From sequence record LC727701.1: 64,000 nt of DNA; one strand, 5' to 3'. Shown piece by piece: positions 38,253 to 47,751 of the stretch; the stretch's first letter is position 1; each line of letters opens with the position of its first letter. The position numbers were made by a program, and so were the translations under genes. The notes under the pieces were generated by a model. The model saw nothing but the letters and a program-made list of their open reading frames with translations. It was not told the DNA's origin and did not search any database.

Positions 38253-39353
38253 ATGAATTATCGTAATAGCAAACTTACGTTAGTCCAGCAGAAGTGGATT
38301 GATCGTTTTATCTCCATTGCTATGGAGGTTGATAATGGCCGTGCAATTTCCAATGCATATCGCTATACTCTTAATGAACAGGGAATTAGTTCAGATAGTG
38401 AAGATCTACGTATTCACTATCCTTTTGGAGTTGATAGAAAAGAATTCATCAAAGAACAAATTTACAAACTATGTGATGAAGTTATAAGCCCTTTAAATCT
38501 GAAAGCATTCAGAATTAGTGGTGGTTTTGCATTACTAGATGATGAAGGAATCATTGGTTTCCTAATGAATGGAATGGAAGGTACCACTAGTCAGAACTTT
38601 AGATTATACTCCAATGAAGAACTGATCAAAGTATTTAAATTACGTTTTGAAGAAGTATTTGATCAGACTCGTCCACCTAGTATTAAAAGAATTCGGGTTA
38701 ACTATCAAAATAATGAACTATATAGCTTTAGTGAAGTTATTTCTGTTCGTAACTACAATCCAAATATGATGGAAATGTATCCATTCCTAGATCGATCTCC
38801 AGCTGAAATCTGGACTGAATTCGCTGCATCTGAATCTAATGTTCTACTATTGATTGGTCCTCCTGGCACTGGTAAGTCTAATTATATCAATGAGATTATT
38901 CGGGCTCGTGGTTATAATGATCGTAATGTGTATCTAGCTGATCAAGATGATGTACTTGGCCACGCCGGTTTGACTAATTTTATTCGTGGTGTTGAGGATA
39001 ATTCACTCATTATTACAGAAGACTCTGATAAAATGGTGGCTAAACGTGTAGATGGTAATAGTAATATGTCAGGGCTATTAAATGCTACAGCTGGTCTAGT
39101 ATCTACTAAGACCAAGATTATCATTTCTACTAATCTTCCGACTCTTCGTGATGTTGATGAAGCTTTAGTTCGACCTGGCCGTGCTTTCGATATTCTTACC
39201 TTCAAAACACTTACTGCTGAACAAGCGATTGCAGCTCGTTTAGCTAATGGTCTAGATCCAGTTGAGTTTGTCGGTAATAATCTTACTTTAGCTGAAGCAT
39301 TGAATACTAGTTCTTGCAGTAGCCCACGCAAAGCAAGTCGTGTAGGTTTCTAA
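38253..39353 (+). CDS. AAA+ ATPase (gp208-like)
   Basis: GPPGTGKS Walker A, IITED Walker B, STN sensor 1, DEALVRPGR arginine finger. Confidence 0.9.
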   Translation: MNYRNSKLTLVQQKWIDRFISIAMEVDNGRAISNAYRYTLNEQGISSDSEDLRIHYPFGVDRKEFIKEQIYKLCDEVISPLNLKAFRISGGFALLDDEGIIGFLMNGMEGTTSQNFRLYSNEELIKVFKLRFEEVFDQTRPPSIKRIRVNYQNNELYSFSEVISVRNYNPNMMEMYPFLDRSPAEIWTEFAASESNVLLLIGPPGTGKSNYINEIIRARGYNDRNVYLADQDDVLGHAGLTNFIRGVEDNSLIITEDSDKMVAKRVDGNSNMSGLLNATAGLVSTKTKIIISTNLPTLRDVDEALVRPGRAFDILTFKTLTAEQAIAARLANGLDPVEFVGNNLTLAEALNTSSCSSPRKASRVGF

Positions 39354-39460
39354 GGAAAAGTAAGCTGCTTTTAAACTAGCGAAGAAACATGAATTCCAAC
39401 GTGTTATTTATAATCCTGATGACCTTAAAGTAAAGCATTATTTCACATACGGAGATCAGC

Positions 39461-40063
39461 ATGCAGCGCAATAATGACCCGCAGCAAGTAATCATGTCGA
39501 TTGAGATGTACAATAGCCTACTGGCTATGGCTAATGATTCACCTCATTACACGACAAAACTTATCCAACGTCACGTGCGAAAGATGAATCCTTTTTTACA
39601 ACCTGCACATCTAAAGAATGTCAGAACTAAGGAAGCTATTCGGTCCCAACGTATTCGTGAAGCTCGGGCTTTCTTCGAAGCCAATCATAGAAAAATTCTG
39701 TACGCAAAGGTTGATATGGGTAACTGTAAAAAAGGAGATGATCCGGTTTACTTCCCATGCATATCTGAACGTATTGCCAAGAATAGACAACTAATCCAAG
39801 TTCGTCATGCCAATGAAGTTGGTTATGGACGGTGCATCCGGTTGGTAGAGGCTAAATATCTCACAACCATTATTCCTGATGGATATATCCAAGGAACTGG
39901 GCCGTATAAAAAATATCTTGTTAAAGAGAATGGTCCTTACGATATCCGTGAACAAGAAGAAAAACGTAAACAAGCTTTTTCGAGTGAGATAGCTAAGAAG
40001 TTTGAGTTCAAACATGATTCTTACGATATGGATAATCTCAAAAAGAATTATTATACACAATGA
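39461..40063 (+). CDS. Hypothetical basic protein (200 aa)
   Basis: GGAG RBS. Confidence 0.75.
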   Translation: MQRNNDPQQVIMSIEMYNSLLAMANDSPHYTTKLIQRHVRKMNPFLQPAHLKNVRTKEAIRSQRIREARAFFEANHRKILYAKVDMGNCKKGDDPVYFPCISERIAKNRQLIQVRHANEVGYGRCIRLVEAKYLTTIIPDGYIQGTGPYKKYLVKENGPYDIREQEEKRKQAFSSEIAKKFEFKHDSYDMDNLKKNYYTQ

Positions 40064-40154
40064 GATTAGTATAAATGGACATTAGTTTATCTCCAGTATG
40101 AGTATTCCAACTTCTTAAATATTACTAAAGAGCAGACTATGAATATATCAGTGT

Positions 40155-40523
40155 TTGCTCTTTGGAGGTAATTACTCTGGAGCATCTAATATGTGTGCAA
40201 TTCCTGTAATACCTGTATCAAATGACATCACTGTTATTAAGCCAGGTGATACAGTTTGGTCAACAGGTGTTCTCGGTATGAAAGCATCCTGTGAGCATCC
40301 ACCAGCGCTATTCTGTATACGGGGTGATGAACTTGAAGTTCTAGAAATTAGCCCTCCCACGGAATATGAGAAAAAAGCAATGTATAAGTGCCGCTTAAAA
40401 AGAGGCACTGGTCATTTCTGGATCTATCGTAGTGGGTTTACTAAAATAAAGCCATTTAATCACAATATGACTGGTTATGAGTTTTGGGATGGTGAGAAAA
40501 TTAGAGAATATGGTGGGCATTAG
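40155..40523 (+). CDS. Hypothetical protein (~110-122 aa)
   Basis: ORF; start uncertain (TTG 40155 or a downstream ATG after GGAG). Confidence 0.65.
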   Translation: MLFGGNYSGASNMCAIPVIPVSNDITVIKPGDTVWSTGVLGMKASCEHPPALFCIRGDELEVLEISPPTEYEKKAMYKCRLKRGTGHFWIYRSGFTKIKPFNHNMTGYEFWDGEKIREYGGH

Positions 40524-40534
40524 AGTAAAAGAAA

Positions 40535-40660
40535 ATGGCTAGCGAAAATAATAAATCAGACATGCAACATGAACAAGAAGAACCACCCATATTCAAAATG
40601 CTTTTTCTAAGTGCAGTTATAGGTGGATCATTATGGGAAATAATTAGACAGTGGTTTTAG
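40535..40660 (+). CDS. 41-aa peptide with a C-terminal hydrophobic helix
   Basis: MASENNKSDMQHEQEEPPIFKMLFLSAVIGGSLWEIIRQWF; below the ORF-track cutoff. Confidence 0.5.
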   Translation: MASENNKSDMQHEQEEPPIFKMLFLSAVIGGSLWEIIRQWF

Positions 40661-40694
40661 CCACTGTCTTTATAATGTATTTTGAGTTATAAAA

Positions 40695-40859
40695 ATGTCC
40701 ATAGAAAAAGCCTATTCCAATTTAATAGCTTCAATTAAAACAGTTAGAAAACATTTTCCTAAATTAATTCAAGAGAAGAATTTAGATGAGGAATTACGAC
40801 GGGAGTTTACGACTCCTATTCAATTCGACCCGACTAAGAAATCGGGAAACTCCTTTTGA
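40695..40859 (+). CDS. 54-aa ORF, possibly the 5' half of a frameshifted gene
   Basis: MSIEKAYSNLIASIKTVRKHFPKLIQEKNLDEELRREFTTPIQFDPTKKSGNSF; ends TTT TGA overlapping the +1 ORF. Confidence 0.5.
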   Translation: MSIEKAYSNLIASIKTVRKHFPKLIQEKNLDEELRREFTTPIQFDPTKKSGNSF

Positions 40860-41043
40860 TAACGAACAGTCAGAAATGGATAAGTTAAAACCAATCGATG
40901 ACTTTTGGAAAACTAAAACAATTAAACCATCAGATGCTTATTTAGAAAGAAAGAATGAGCAACTAAAGATGATTAATCCGCATAAAGTTTATAATCCATT
41001 CAATGAAAAAGATACGGTATTAAAACCTATTTCTAAATTATAA
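40786..41043 (+). CDS. Hypothetical protein or 3' half of a frameshifted gene
   Basis: +1 frame relative to 40695..40859; no good RBS at either ATG. Confidence 0.45.
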   Translation: MRNYDGSLRLLFNSTRLRNRETPFDNEQSEMDKLKPIDDFWKTKTIKPSDAYLERKNEQLKMINPHKVYNPFNEKDTVLKPISKL

Positions 41044-41055
41044 AAAGGATTTACT

Positions 41056-41475
41056 ATGAAACAAGATCATCAATTCTGGCATGATAAACCATTTTCAGAA
41101 AATGAAGTTAGGAAGAAACTTGGCGGATCGTCATTATCCAAACTAAGTACAGAACAGATTTTAGAAGAGTGGCGAACAGAACATATTGAACGTAATACTC
41201 CTTTAAGTAAAAGGCTATATGACATTCGTAATAAAGCCATCAATGATTACTCACTTACTGATAATCAACAAGTTAATAATTTGTTGCAATGTGCAGTGGA
41301 TCAAGTCTTAGCAGATGTGATCGTTATGTTAGATGGTTCAGTGCCACATAAGCAATTTCAAATTTCTGAATATGAAATTGAAATGGACAGTAAGGAATTA
41401 TCGATTAAAGAACATACTCGTCCAATAACTGAAGATCTACTAAAAAATTATTTTGAATTGGTGAATGGCAAATGA
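41056..41475 (+). CDS. Hypothetical protein (139 aa)
   Basis: AAGGA RBS. Confidence 0.75.
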   Translation: MKQDHQFWHDKPFSENEVRKKLGGSSLSKLSTEQILEEWRTEHIERNTPLSKRLYDIRNKAINDYSLTDNQQVNNLLQCAVDQVLADVIVMLDGSVPHKQFQISEYEIEMDSKELSIKEHTRPITEDLLKNYFELVNGK

Positions 41476-41816
41476 CTGAACGTATTCATTACTCAGATCG
41501 TAAGTTACCGCTGTGTTTTAAAGGTGTTTATGACATTCCAGTTGTAACCATCGAAAACTATTGTAAGTGGTATGGTCTTAATATTGTCTATCCAGATGGG
41601 CGTGTTGAATGGGTTGACACTGATTTACTTGCTGAAATAGAACGGGAAAGCAAGTTCTCAGTAATGGGTGATCACAACTATCATCCAATTCTGCTGGACA
41701 AAGTAGCTGAGAAGATTGGCGGGGTGGCATGTGAGGTTGCACGTGAGTTGATGACTGGTCGTTGGGTACTAGAGGTTATGGACGGTAAAATCCCTGGTCA
41801 AGAAAAATTCTGTTAA
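41472..41816 (+). CDS. Hypothetical protein (114 aa)
   Basis: ATGA overlap with upstream gene. Confidence 0.75.
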   Translation: MTERIHYSDRKLPLCFKGVYDIPVVTIENYCKWYGLNIVYPDGRVEWVDTDLLAEIERESKFSVMGDHNYHPILLDKVAEKIGGVACEVARELMTGRWVLEVMDGKIPGQEKFC

Positions 41817-41820
41817 ATGG

Positions 41821-42369
41821 ATGATTAAAATGGGTATTGATGTTTTCCCTGTAGTTACCAAACGTTCCACACGTTCTTCAGATGGTGCACGTGTACTTAA
41901 ATTCATTGACATGCATACATGCGAGGCTCTTAACTTTAGCCGTTGCTATTATCTTTGGGATTGGTTAACCGATAATAATGAGTATACCAACCGATTCTGT
42001 CGACCGACTCTTAAAGGCTGTGGATTTGGTACACTCGTCAGTGATGACTCGCATCCAGTATGGAACAACTTTGAAGGTCGCCTTTCACAAATTGTCAATT
42101 CCAAACAGGACAATCTAACACCGTACGCCTATTATAGTGAAGATGGTTGGTACCCACTTACAATGATCTTCAATATGGAAGACCTCTGGAACTTCGATTA
42201 TGATCAGAAGCCAACGATGTTCGATCAAGATGTTAATGGTGAAGTCATTTCGGAAAAAACCTATCGCCAGCTATTTTTGAGCAATGGTGTGGATGATGGT
42301 TATTTCAAGTTCCTGGAAGAAACTAAAAAGATGGAGTGTGTTCACTTCATCGCCCGATTCTGGGGATGA
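41821..42369 (+). CDS. Hypothetical protein (~180 aa)
   Basis: Operon packing; MGID N-terminus. Confidence 0.75.
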   Translation: MIKMGIDVFPVVTKRSTRSSDGARVLKFIDMHTCEALNFSRCYYLWDWLTDNNEYTNRFCRPTLKGCGFGTLVSDDSHPVWNNFEGRLSQIVNSKQDNLTPYAYYSEDGWYPLTMIFNMEDLWNFDYDQKPTMFDQDVNGEVISEKTYRQLFLSNGVDDGYFKFLEETKKMECVHFIARFWG

Positions 42370-42392
42370 TTACTTAACAGGAAAAGTTAAAA

Positions 42393-42962
42393 ATGGCTAT
42401 TCTATCTGATAAAACAATCACTGACTTATCTAAAGGTCGTGAACCAATGATTACGGATTTCATTGGTCACCAGGTCCGTGAAAAAGATGGTAAAAAGATT
42501 ATTAGTTATGGGCTTAGTTCATATGGGTACGATGTAAGGCTAGCCCGTAATTTTAAGATCTTTTCTAATGTAACAAGTGCAGTTATTGACCCATTAGACC
42601 CTAGTGATGGATTCTTAGTAGATTGGACTGGTGATTATTGTATTATTCCACCTAACAGTTATATTCTTGGTCATACTGTAGAATCGTTTAATATTCCAGA
42701 TGATGTCCTAGCTATTTGCACAGGTAAATCAACCTATGCACGACTAGGTGCAATTGTTAATGTCACTCCTATTGAACCAGGTTTCAAAGGACAAGTCGTT
42801 ATTGAGATTGCAAACTGCACTACACTACCTCTAAAAATTTATGCTGATATGGGTATTGCTCAGTTTATGTTCTTTAGAGGTGATGCCCCATGTGAAGTTA
42901 GTTATGCAAAACGTAATGGTAAATATCAAAATCAAATTGGTATCACAACAGCGAGACTTTAA
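42393..42962 (+). CDS. dcd: dCTP deaminase (gp214-like)
   Basis: SYGLSSYGYDVRL, GKSTYARLG, TPIEPGFKGQVVIEI, Y..RNGKYQNQ. Confidence 0.95.
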   Translation: MAILSDKTITDLSKGREPMITDFIGHQVREKDGKKIISYGLSSYGYDVRLARNFKIFSNVTSAVIDPLDPSDGFLVDWTGDYCIIPPNSYILGHTVESFNIPDDVLAICTGKSTYARLGAIVNVTPIEPGFKGQVVIEIANCTTLPLKIYADMGIAQFMFFRGDAPCEVSYAKRNGKYQNQIGITTARL

Positions 42963-42964
42963 TA

Positions 42965-43201
42965 ATGCTTAGTCCTAACCAAGAAAAGTTTGTCAGTCGG
43001 CTAACTGAAATTACAAAGGCATCTGATTCAGAACTTTGTGCAGTTAATGATACAATCTCATTTGATATTTCAACTGATAACATGCATGCTGAATTCTTTA
43101 ATTTGGTTGCTGAACTGCATTTTAAGATTGTTCATATGTTTCCAATTAACCAATATAACACTCGTTATCGGGTTGTTATTCATGAACCATTCTATCTATG
43201 A
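42965..43201 (+). CDS. Hypothetical protein (78 aa)
   Basis: Directly follows dcd. Confidence 0.65.
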   Translation: MLSPNQEKFVSRLTEITKASDSELCAVNDTISFDISTDNMHAEFFNLVAELHFKIVHMFPINQYNTRYRVVIHEPFYL

Positions 43202-43217
43202 TTGACCAACATAGTGG

Positions 43218-43262
43218 TTTATACATTCAAAGCATTTTAAACAGTATATCACAAATGTGATA
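43218..43262 (+). promoter_or_regulatory. Early promoter variant (class B context)
   Basis: TTTAAACAG-TATATCAC at 43245-43252, same context as 59566 and 63069. Confidence 0.65.
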
Positions 43263-43291
43263 TAATCAACATATATAGGAGATTCTAATAC

Positions 43292-43768
43292 ATGTCACGC
43301 AATACTATTTCTTCCTGGAGTGAACTTGGTTCAATGCTGGGTGTACAGCCGAAGCCGGTTCAGAAGAAACAGAAAAATCGAGCTAAAAAGAATCATGAAG
43401 CTGCGGTTCGTAAAAATTCTAGGGAAACCTTTATGGACATTGCTGCAAAACAAACTAAATCAAGTCCTAACTTCCGTAAGAACAAACAAAAAGATGTTCG
43501 TCATTGCAGTGTATGTGATAATATTAAACTAAAAGAAAATGGTATCGAAGAAGGGCGGGCCAAACCAATTGGTATGACCGAATTAGCTAAGTTCAAAGTT
43601 GAGCTAGCAAAAAATGGTCTTGAGCTATTCGGTTGTGAAGTACGTAAGCAAGAATCTTTTGCAGATGCATTTTATGGTAATAATACCATTTGTGAAGAAA
43701 CTGCAAAGCTGATTAAAGCATACCAGGAAGAGTTTGATTCAGTCTTCCGCCGCGCTATTACTGCCTAA
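43292..43768 (+). CDS. Basic hypothetical early protein with CxxC (158 aa)
   Basis: AGGAG RBS; Lys-rich N-terminus, HCSVC. Confidence 0.8.
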   Translation: MSRNTISSWSELGSMLGVQPKPVQKKQKNRAKKNHEAAVRKNSRETFMDIAAKQTKSSPNFRKNKQKDVRHCSVCDNIKLKENGIEEGRAKPIGMTELAKFKVELAKNGLELFGCEVRKQESFADAFYGNNTICEETAKLIKAYQEEFDSVFRRAITA

Positions 43769-43774
43769 CGATAT

Positions 43775-43815
43775 AGGGGACCTTCTGGTCCCCTTAGTCA
43801 TTATTATTTTTTTTT
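43775..43815 (+). terminator. Intrinsic terminator
   Basis: AGGGGACC-TTCT-GGTCCCCT followed by a T-rich tract. Confidence 0.7.
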
Positions 43816-43826
43816 GGATTTTAGCT

Positions 43827-44018
43827 ATGGATGATATTGAAAAGAAAATAGCCAAAATGGAAGCTCTATTTAGGTACCATGGTATTACCGTTGATATTAA
43901 CCATAAGTTGAAACCTAATGCTAAGACAAAATTAACTCGTGCGGAAATTAACCGATTACAAATACAATATGATAAGCTTTTAGCTGAACGCGAAGAAGCT
44001 TTAAAAGCAATTCCTTAA
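43827..44018 (+). CDS. Hypothetical protein (63 aa)
   Basis: Start moved to ATG 43827; the track's extension reads through the terminator. Confidence 0.55.
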   Translation: MDDIEKKIAKMEALFRYHGITVDINHKLKPNAKTKLTRAEINRLQIQYDKLLAEREEALKAIP

Positions 44019-44022
44019 ATTA

Positions 44023-44253
44023 TTGAGGATTTATAAAATGTTCAAGCGCGTTATGAGATATATTCGTGTTTTGAAATTAATTGTTATTTTCTATGTTAGG
44101 CGACAACTGGGTTTACACGATTATTGTACACGAAAAAATACAATTGCATTAGATCGTGAAAATAATAAACGTGTTCAAATAAATGCTATTTCTCGTAAAG
44201 TCGAAGAAGCATTATTTAAAGTTGAACTAGTTGCGATAATGAGTAAGCGGTAA
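44023..44253 (+). CDS. Hypothetical protein (~71-76 aa)
   Basis: GAGGA RBS favours ATG at 44038. Confidence 0.6.
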   Translation: MRIYKMFKRVMRYIRVLKLIVIFYVRRQLGLHDYCTRKNTIALDRENNKRVQINAISRKVEEALFKVELVAIMSKR

Positions 44254-44265
44254 TGTTGTCATAAA

Positions 44266-44320
44266 GCCCTCCCTTCGGGGAGGGCTATTGCACTAAATTT
44301 TATTTGAGATCTACATTATA
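44266..44320 (+). repeat. Terminator plus early-promoter cassette, copy 1
   Basis: 45 bp identical to 59952-59996 (GCCCTCCCTTCGGGGAGGGCTATTGCACTAAATTTTATTTGAGAT), followed by the variant TACATTAT. Confidence 0.9.
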
Positions 44321-44363
44321 GATTAGCATATACTAATGGAAACATCTACATGAGGTAATTATC

Positions 44364-44663
44364 GTGAACGAAGCTATTATTTCACTGGACCGCAGAGGAG
44401 CCCATCATTTAGGATCTCGCGGTTATCCAATTAGATCAATTGGAGATGTTACAGTATTTGATTTGAATCATAATCAACTATATCCCAAAATCCATTCTCT
44501 TAAAGATCAAAATCATGATGGATGGCACTCCATTAGTGTTGATGATGAAAATGGAGTAACAGCGTATACGTTTGTTTTGAATATGGATCTTAATCTAGGA
44601 TGGCTAAGACCTAAGCAGCCTAATGTTGGTGGTGGATATATCAAAATCAAATTTGAACAATAA
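44364..44663 (+). CDS. Hypothetical early protein (99 aa)
   Basis: GAGGT RBS, GTG start, followed by hairpin 44662-44681. Confidence 0.7.
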   Translation: MNEAIISLDRRGAHHLGSRGYPIRSIGDVTVFDLNHNQLYPKIHSLKDQNHDGWHSISVDDENGVTAYTFVLNMDLNLGWLRPKQPNVGGGYIKIKFEQ

Positions 44664-44690
44664 GCGGTGTGTACACCGCTTTTATTCCGT
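44662..44690 (+). terminator. Intrinsic terminator
   Basis: AAGCGGTG-TGTA-CACCGCTT then TTATT. Confidence 0.7.
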
Positions 44691-44712
44691 GTTTATACTC
44701 AAAAGGTAATTT

Positions 44713-45846
44713 ATGATTATGTTTAAGTACTTAAAAAATGTTATTGATAGTTTTAACAAACCAAAAAAGGTAGATACATTAGAACAAAAGATAGCTGATC
44801 TAAATGATAAATACATCAGAGAAAATGTAGATGTTGATAAAATTGATATTTTGTCAGGTTACTTCACAGGAATGCTATCTGGTAAATTACATGATCGAAG
44901 TTTAGCATGGGGTTATTATACCAAAGAAACTAAGACATGGATGATTTATTTTGTTGAACAAAATTTTGATTCATTCATGTATAAAGTAACTAATAATTCA
45001 TTAGATATTATTAATCTAACTGATATAGAAGATCTTAAATTATTCTATTTTTCTAATGAACAATACTTACCTTTAAATACACCAATCAATAGTGATCTAA
45101 ATGTGGCTGTAATTTTCACATCAAAATCACTCACTAAGGATTTCATTGATCCATCTTTAATAGATCAAGTTAAATCAGTTAATAGTAATTACAAGATTGT
45201 GATGGATGGGTTATCTGATAATTCCAAATTTGATAGTAACCCAATAACTCTAATTGTAGAGTCTTATGAAGCAGATGGTGATATCGTCGTAGTTGAACTA
45301 ACTAATGGTACAACTGTGGCCATCAATAGAAAACTACTTAATATGTTTATGTATCAGTCAAGAATAGTTGATACATGTAATAACTCAAAAGTGCTTATAG
45401 ATTTCAATGGACGGCTAAAGTTCACACCTATGGAGAATCATCTAGGTGGCATCAATAGTGCAATGCATTATTGGTCAAGTAATGGAATTATCAAAATTAG
45501 GTGTGACTATAGCATCACATTAAATCTAGATAAGTTTCCAGAGATTGTTAATCATATTGGAAACTGGATACATATTGAAGCTAAAACAATTGCAAAAGTA
45601 ATTGACTCGGTTGTGGTACCATACTTAACAAATGGGGAGCTTAGTACGCTCATTGTTGATTTAGATAATGTCGATATTCAGTATCGTGGTTTAACATTAT
45701 CTGGTAATATCAGCTTGCGTGATCGTTTAGATAAATGCAAAATCAAACTGATAAATCCATCAACTGATCCATATGAGATACCTAGTCTAAATGGTAAACG
45801 TGATGTCCATGGTTTTTATAGGGTAGATGGAAGTTTATTAAAATGA
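44713..45846 (+). CDS. Hypothetical protein (377 aa)
   Basis: AAGGT RBS; no motif recognised. Confidence 0.75.
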   Translation: MIMFKYLKNVIDSFNKPKKVDTLEQKIADLNDKYIRENVDVDKIDILSGYFTGMLSGKLHDRSLAWGYYTKETKTWMIYFVEQNFDSFMYKVTNNSLDIINLTDIEDLKLFYFSNEQYLPLNTPINSDLNVAVIFTSKSLTKDFIDPSLIDQVKSVNSNYKIVMDGLSDNSKFDSNPITLIVESYEADGDIVVVELTNGTTVAINRKLLNMFMYQSRIVDTCNNSKVLIDFNGRLKFTPMENHLGGINSAMHYWSSNGIIKIRCDYSITLNLDKFPEIVNHIGNWIHIEAKTIAKVIDSVVVPYLTNGELSTLIVDLDNVDIQYRGLTLSGNISLRDRLDKCKIKLINPSTDPYEIPSLNGKRDVHGFYRVDGSLLK

Positions 45847-46313
45847 TTAAATTAGTGATTAGTCTTTTTTATAAAATAGTTAATGAAAAGATGTCACCCA
45901 CATATAAGAAATTAGTTACATTAGATAGAAATGGGTACATTTTCAATAATAAACAAGACCTGTATTCAATTAATCTTTCACTCTATCTTGAACTCATTCA
46001 TTCAGTGACGAATGACTATATTGTTCAAGAAATTATAATGTGTCTAAGTTCTAAGCCACAAGCAGTGAAAGAACTATTCCTTGAAGACCTAAGTACTAAT
46101 AATCAACTACATTATTCATTGTTAGCTTGTAAAATAATGAATGAGAGGAAAATCATTAATAAGAATATTAATAAAGCGTGTGCTAAAAATATGGCTACTT
46201 TTTTAAAGGGCTATTTCCCAAGAGACTACTTCACTTGGTATAGTTGTCTCTATTTAGCGCTATCGGCTAAAAGTAAAGCTGAGAATAACAAAGTATCTGT
46301 TATTAATGAGTAA
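45843..46313 (+). CDS. Hypothetical protein (156 aa)
   Basis: ATGA overlap with upstream gene. Confidence 0.65.
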   Translation: MIKLVISLFYKIVNEKMSPTYKKLVTLDRNGYIFNNKQDLYSINLSLYLELIHSVTNDYIVQEIIMCLSSKPQAVKELFLEDLSTNNQLHYSLLACKIMNERKIINKNINKACAKNMATFLKGYFPRDYFTWYSCLYLALSAKSKAENNKVSVINE

Positions 46314-46415
46314 ATACAATACTATGTAGTAGTATTTCTATTACGTACCTTTCGAGGCATATACTCCATGACTTATGTTGTGGGGTATATGTGTTATAAT
46401 GTTTAAGAGGTTAAA

Positions 46416-46763
46416 ATGCAAAAGCAACTAAATTCTGATGATCTAGATGTTCTTGACTCCTTTAATGCAGCATGGGAAATTGTTAAGGAAGAACATACTG
46501 ATCTATTCTCACGTATAGCGATGATGGCTATTAATAAGTTAACTGATGATGATATCTCAGTCAATGATACTAAAGTAAGTATTCAGCAAGTAGTTAATTT
46601 CCATGAGAGAATTCGAGATATCATTCCTAGCTCTGAGATTGTTAATCTTACGATTGTTAAAACTATCTTAGGTGAAATGAATGGTTGGTTAGAATTTGAT
46701 GAACTTAATGAAGAACTATTTACAGCATTAGGTAAAGCTTATAGCACTGTTAACTTTAATTGA
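46416..46763 (+). CDS. Hypothetical acidic protein (115 aa)
   Basis: AGAGGT RBS. Confidence 0.8.
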   Translation: MQKQLNSDDLDVLDSFNAAWEIVKEEHTDLFSRIAMMAINKLTDDDISVNDTKVSIQQVVNFHERIRDIIPSSEIVNLTIVKTILGEMNGWLEFDELNEELFTALGKAYSTVNFN

Positions 46764-46831
46764 TCATTAATATGAAAATTAAAACAATATAAGTGAGGCA
46801 TGTGCCTCACTACATAGTAGAGGACTAACAC

Positions 46832-47164
46832 ATGCAGATTCAATTAGATCCATTAATGGTTTACCATGGTAGCACTAGATCTTTATTTAATGAAGATTCT
46901 AGTTTAAATGTTGTTGATGTAAGGGGCATTCAATTAAATGCTGAAGGGATAGCTGATAACAAAAATTACTATTTTGATTATGGACGTAAGAAAGATGATG
47001 ATGGTGAAATACTCACTATTTACGTACATGATCGAAATGTAGCTAAAGATTTTATTGTACTGTACGTTGAATTCCATTTAGGCACACATAAATTTCATAC
47101 GTATGTACATCCACAATATCGGCATAAATTTCCAGTATTAGTACTGGAGTTATTATTCGTTTAA
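46832..47164 (+). CDS. Hypothetical protein (110 aa)
   Basis: AGAGGA RBS; followed by terminator 47170-47192. Confidence 0.75.
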   Translation: MQIQLDPLMVYHGSTRSLFNEDSSLNVVDVRGIQLNAEGIADNKNYYFDYGRKKDDDGEILTIYVHDRNVAKDFIVLYVEFHLGTHKFHTYVHPQYRHKFPVLVLELLFV

Positions 47165-47169
47165 CATTA

Positions 47170-47202
47170 AGGGACTCTCATTAAGAGTCCCTATTTATTT
47201 TG
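47170..47202 (+). terminator. Intrinsic terminator
   Basis: AGGGACTCT-CATTA-AGAGTCCCT then ATTTATTTT. Confidence 0.8.
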
Positions 47203-47352
47203 CGTAAATACATGTATGAAAAAGAAAGCATTTATTGAAACTAGCCTAAAATATTCAAACACCAAATATAACAAAGCGATTATCTGTAATGAAATAAAAT
47301 TCAAACAGTACTAAACATACTAACCCTATGAATTAAAACGCATGGTGGTTGT

Positions 47353-47751
47353 ATGAAAATTTATGGTTCTTCTTTTCATGAAGTCACACTAGAATATGGA
47401 AAACCCTTTATACGCAATGGGGTTTTAAAACATTTACCTGATCTAGGTACACCAGACTTAGGATGGACTGATTTTAATATCCTTGAAATTATTCCAGGAC
47501 CAGGTTATATCGATAAGAATACTCTAAACTTTTATAAAGAAAGAGATTGCTTATTTCCAGCAATCGTCAGGTTTACTGTATTTGAAGAAGAGCGTAATCG
47601 TATTATATCAACAATTAATGTTGATCTGGCGAAAAAGGAATTAGAGTGGAATAAGACTGATCGTTTTTGGGAAATCGAAAACTTTGCAATTAGATTCCAA
47701 TTAACTCAAAATCCTTATTCAGTTTTATGGGCATCCAATGGATCACTATAG
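47353..47751 (+). CDS. Hypothetical protein (132 aa)
   Basis: GGTGG RBS. Confidence 0.7.
   Translation: MKIYGSSFHEVTLEYGKPFIRNGVLKHLPDLGTPDLGWTDFNILEIIPGPGYIDKNTLNFYKERDCLFPAIVRFTVFEEERNRIISTINVDLAKKELEWNKTDRFWEIENFAIRFQLTQNPYSVLWASNGSL

Noticed and set aside
43734-43826. Hydrophobic N-terminus of the track ORF 43734..44018, suggesting a membrane protein
   Set aside because: It is a read-through of the terminator hairpin and T-tract; the likely start is ATG 43827
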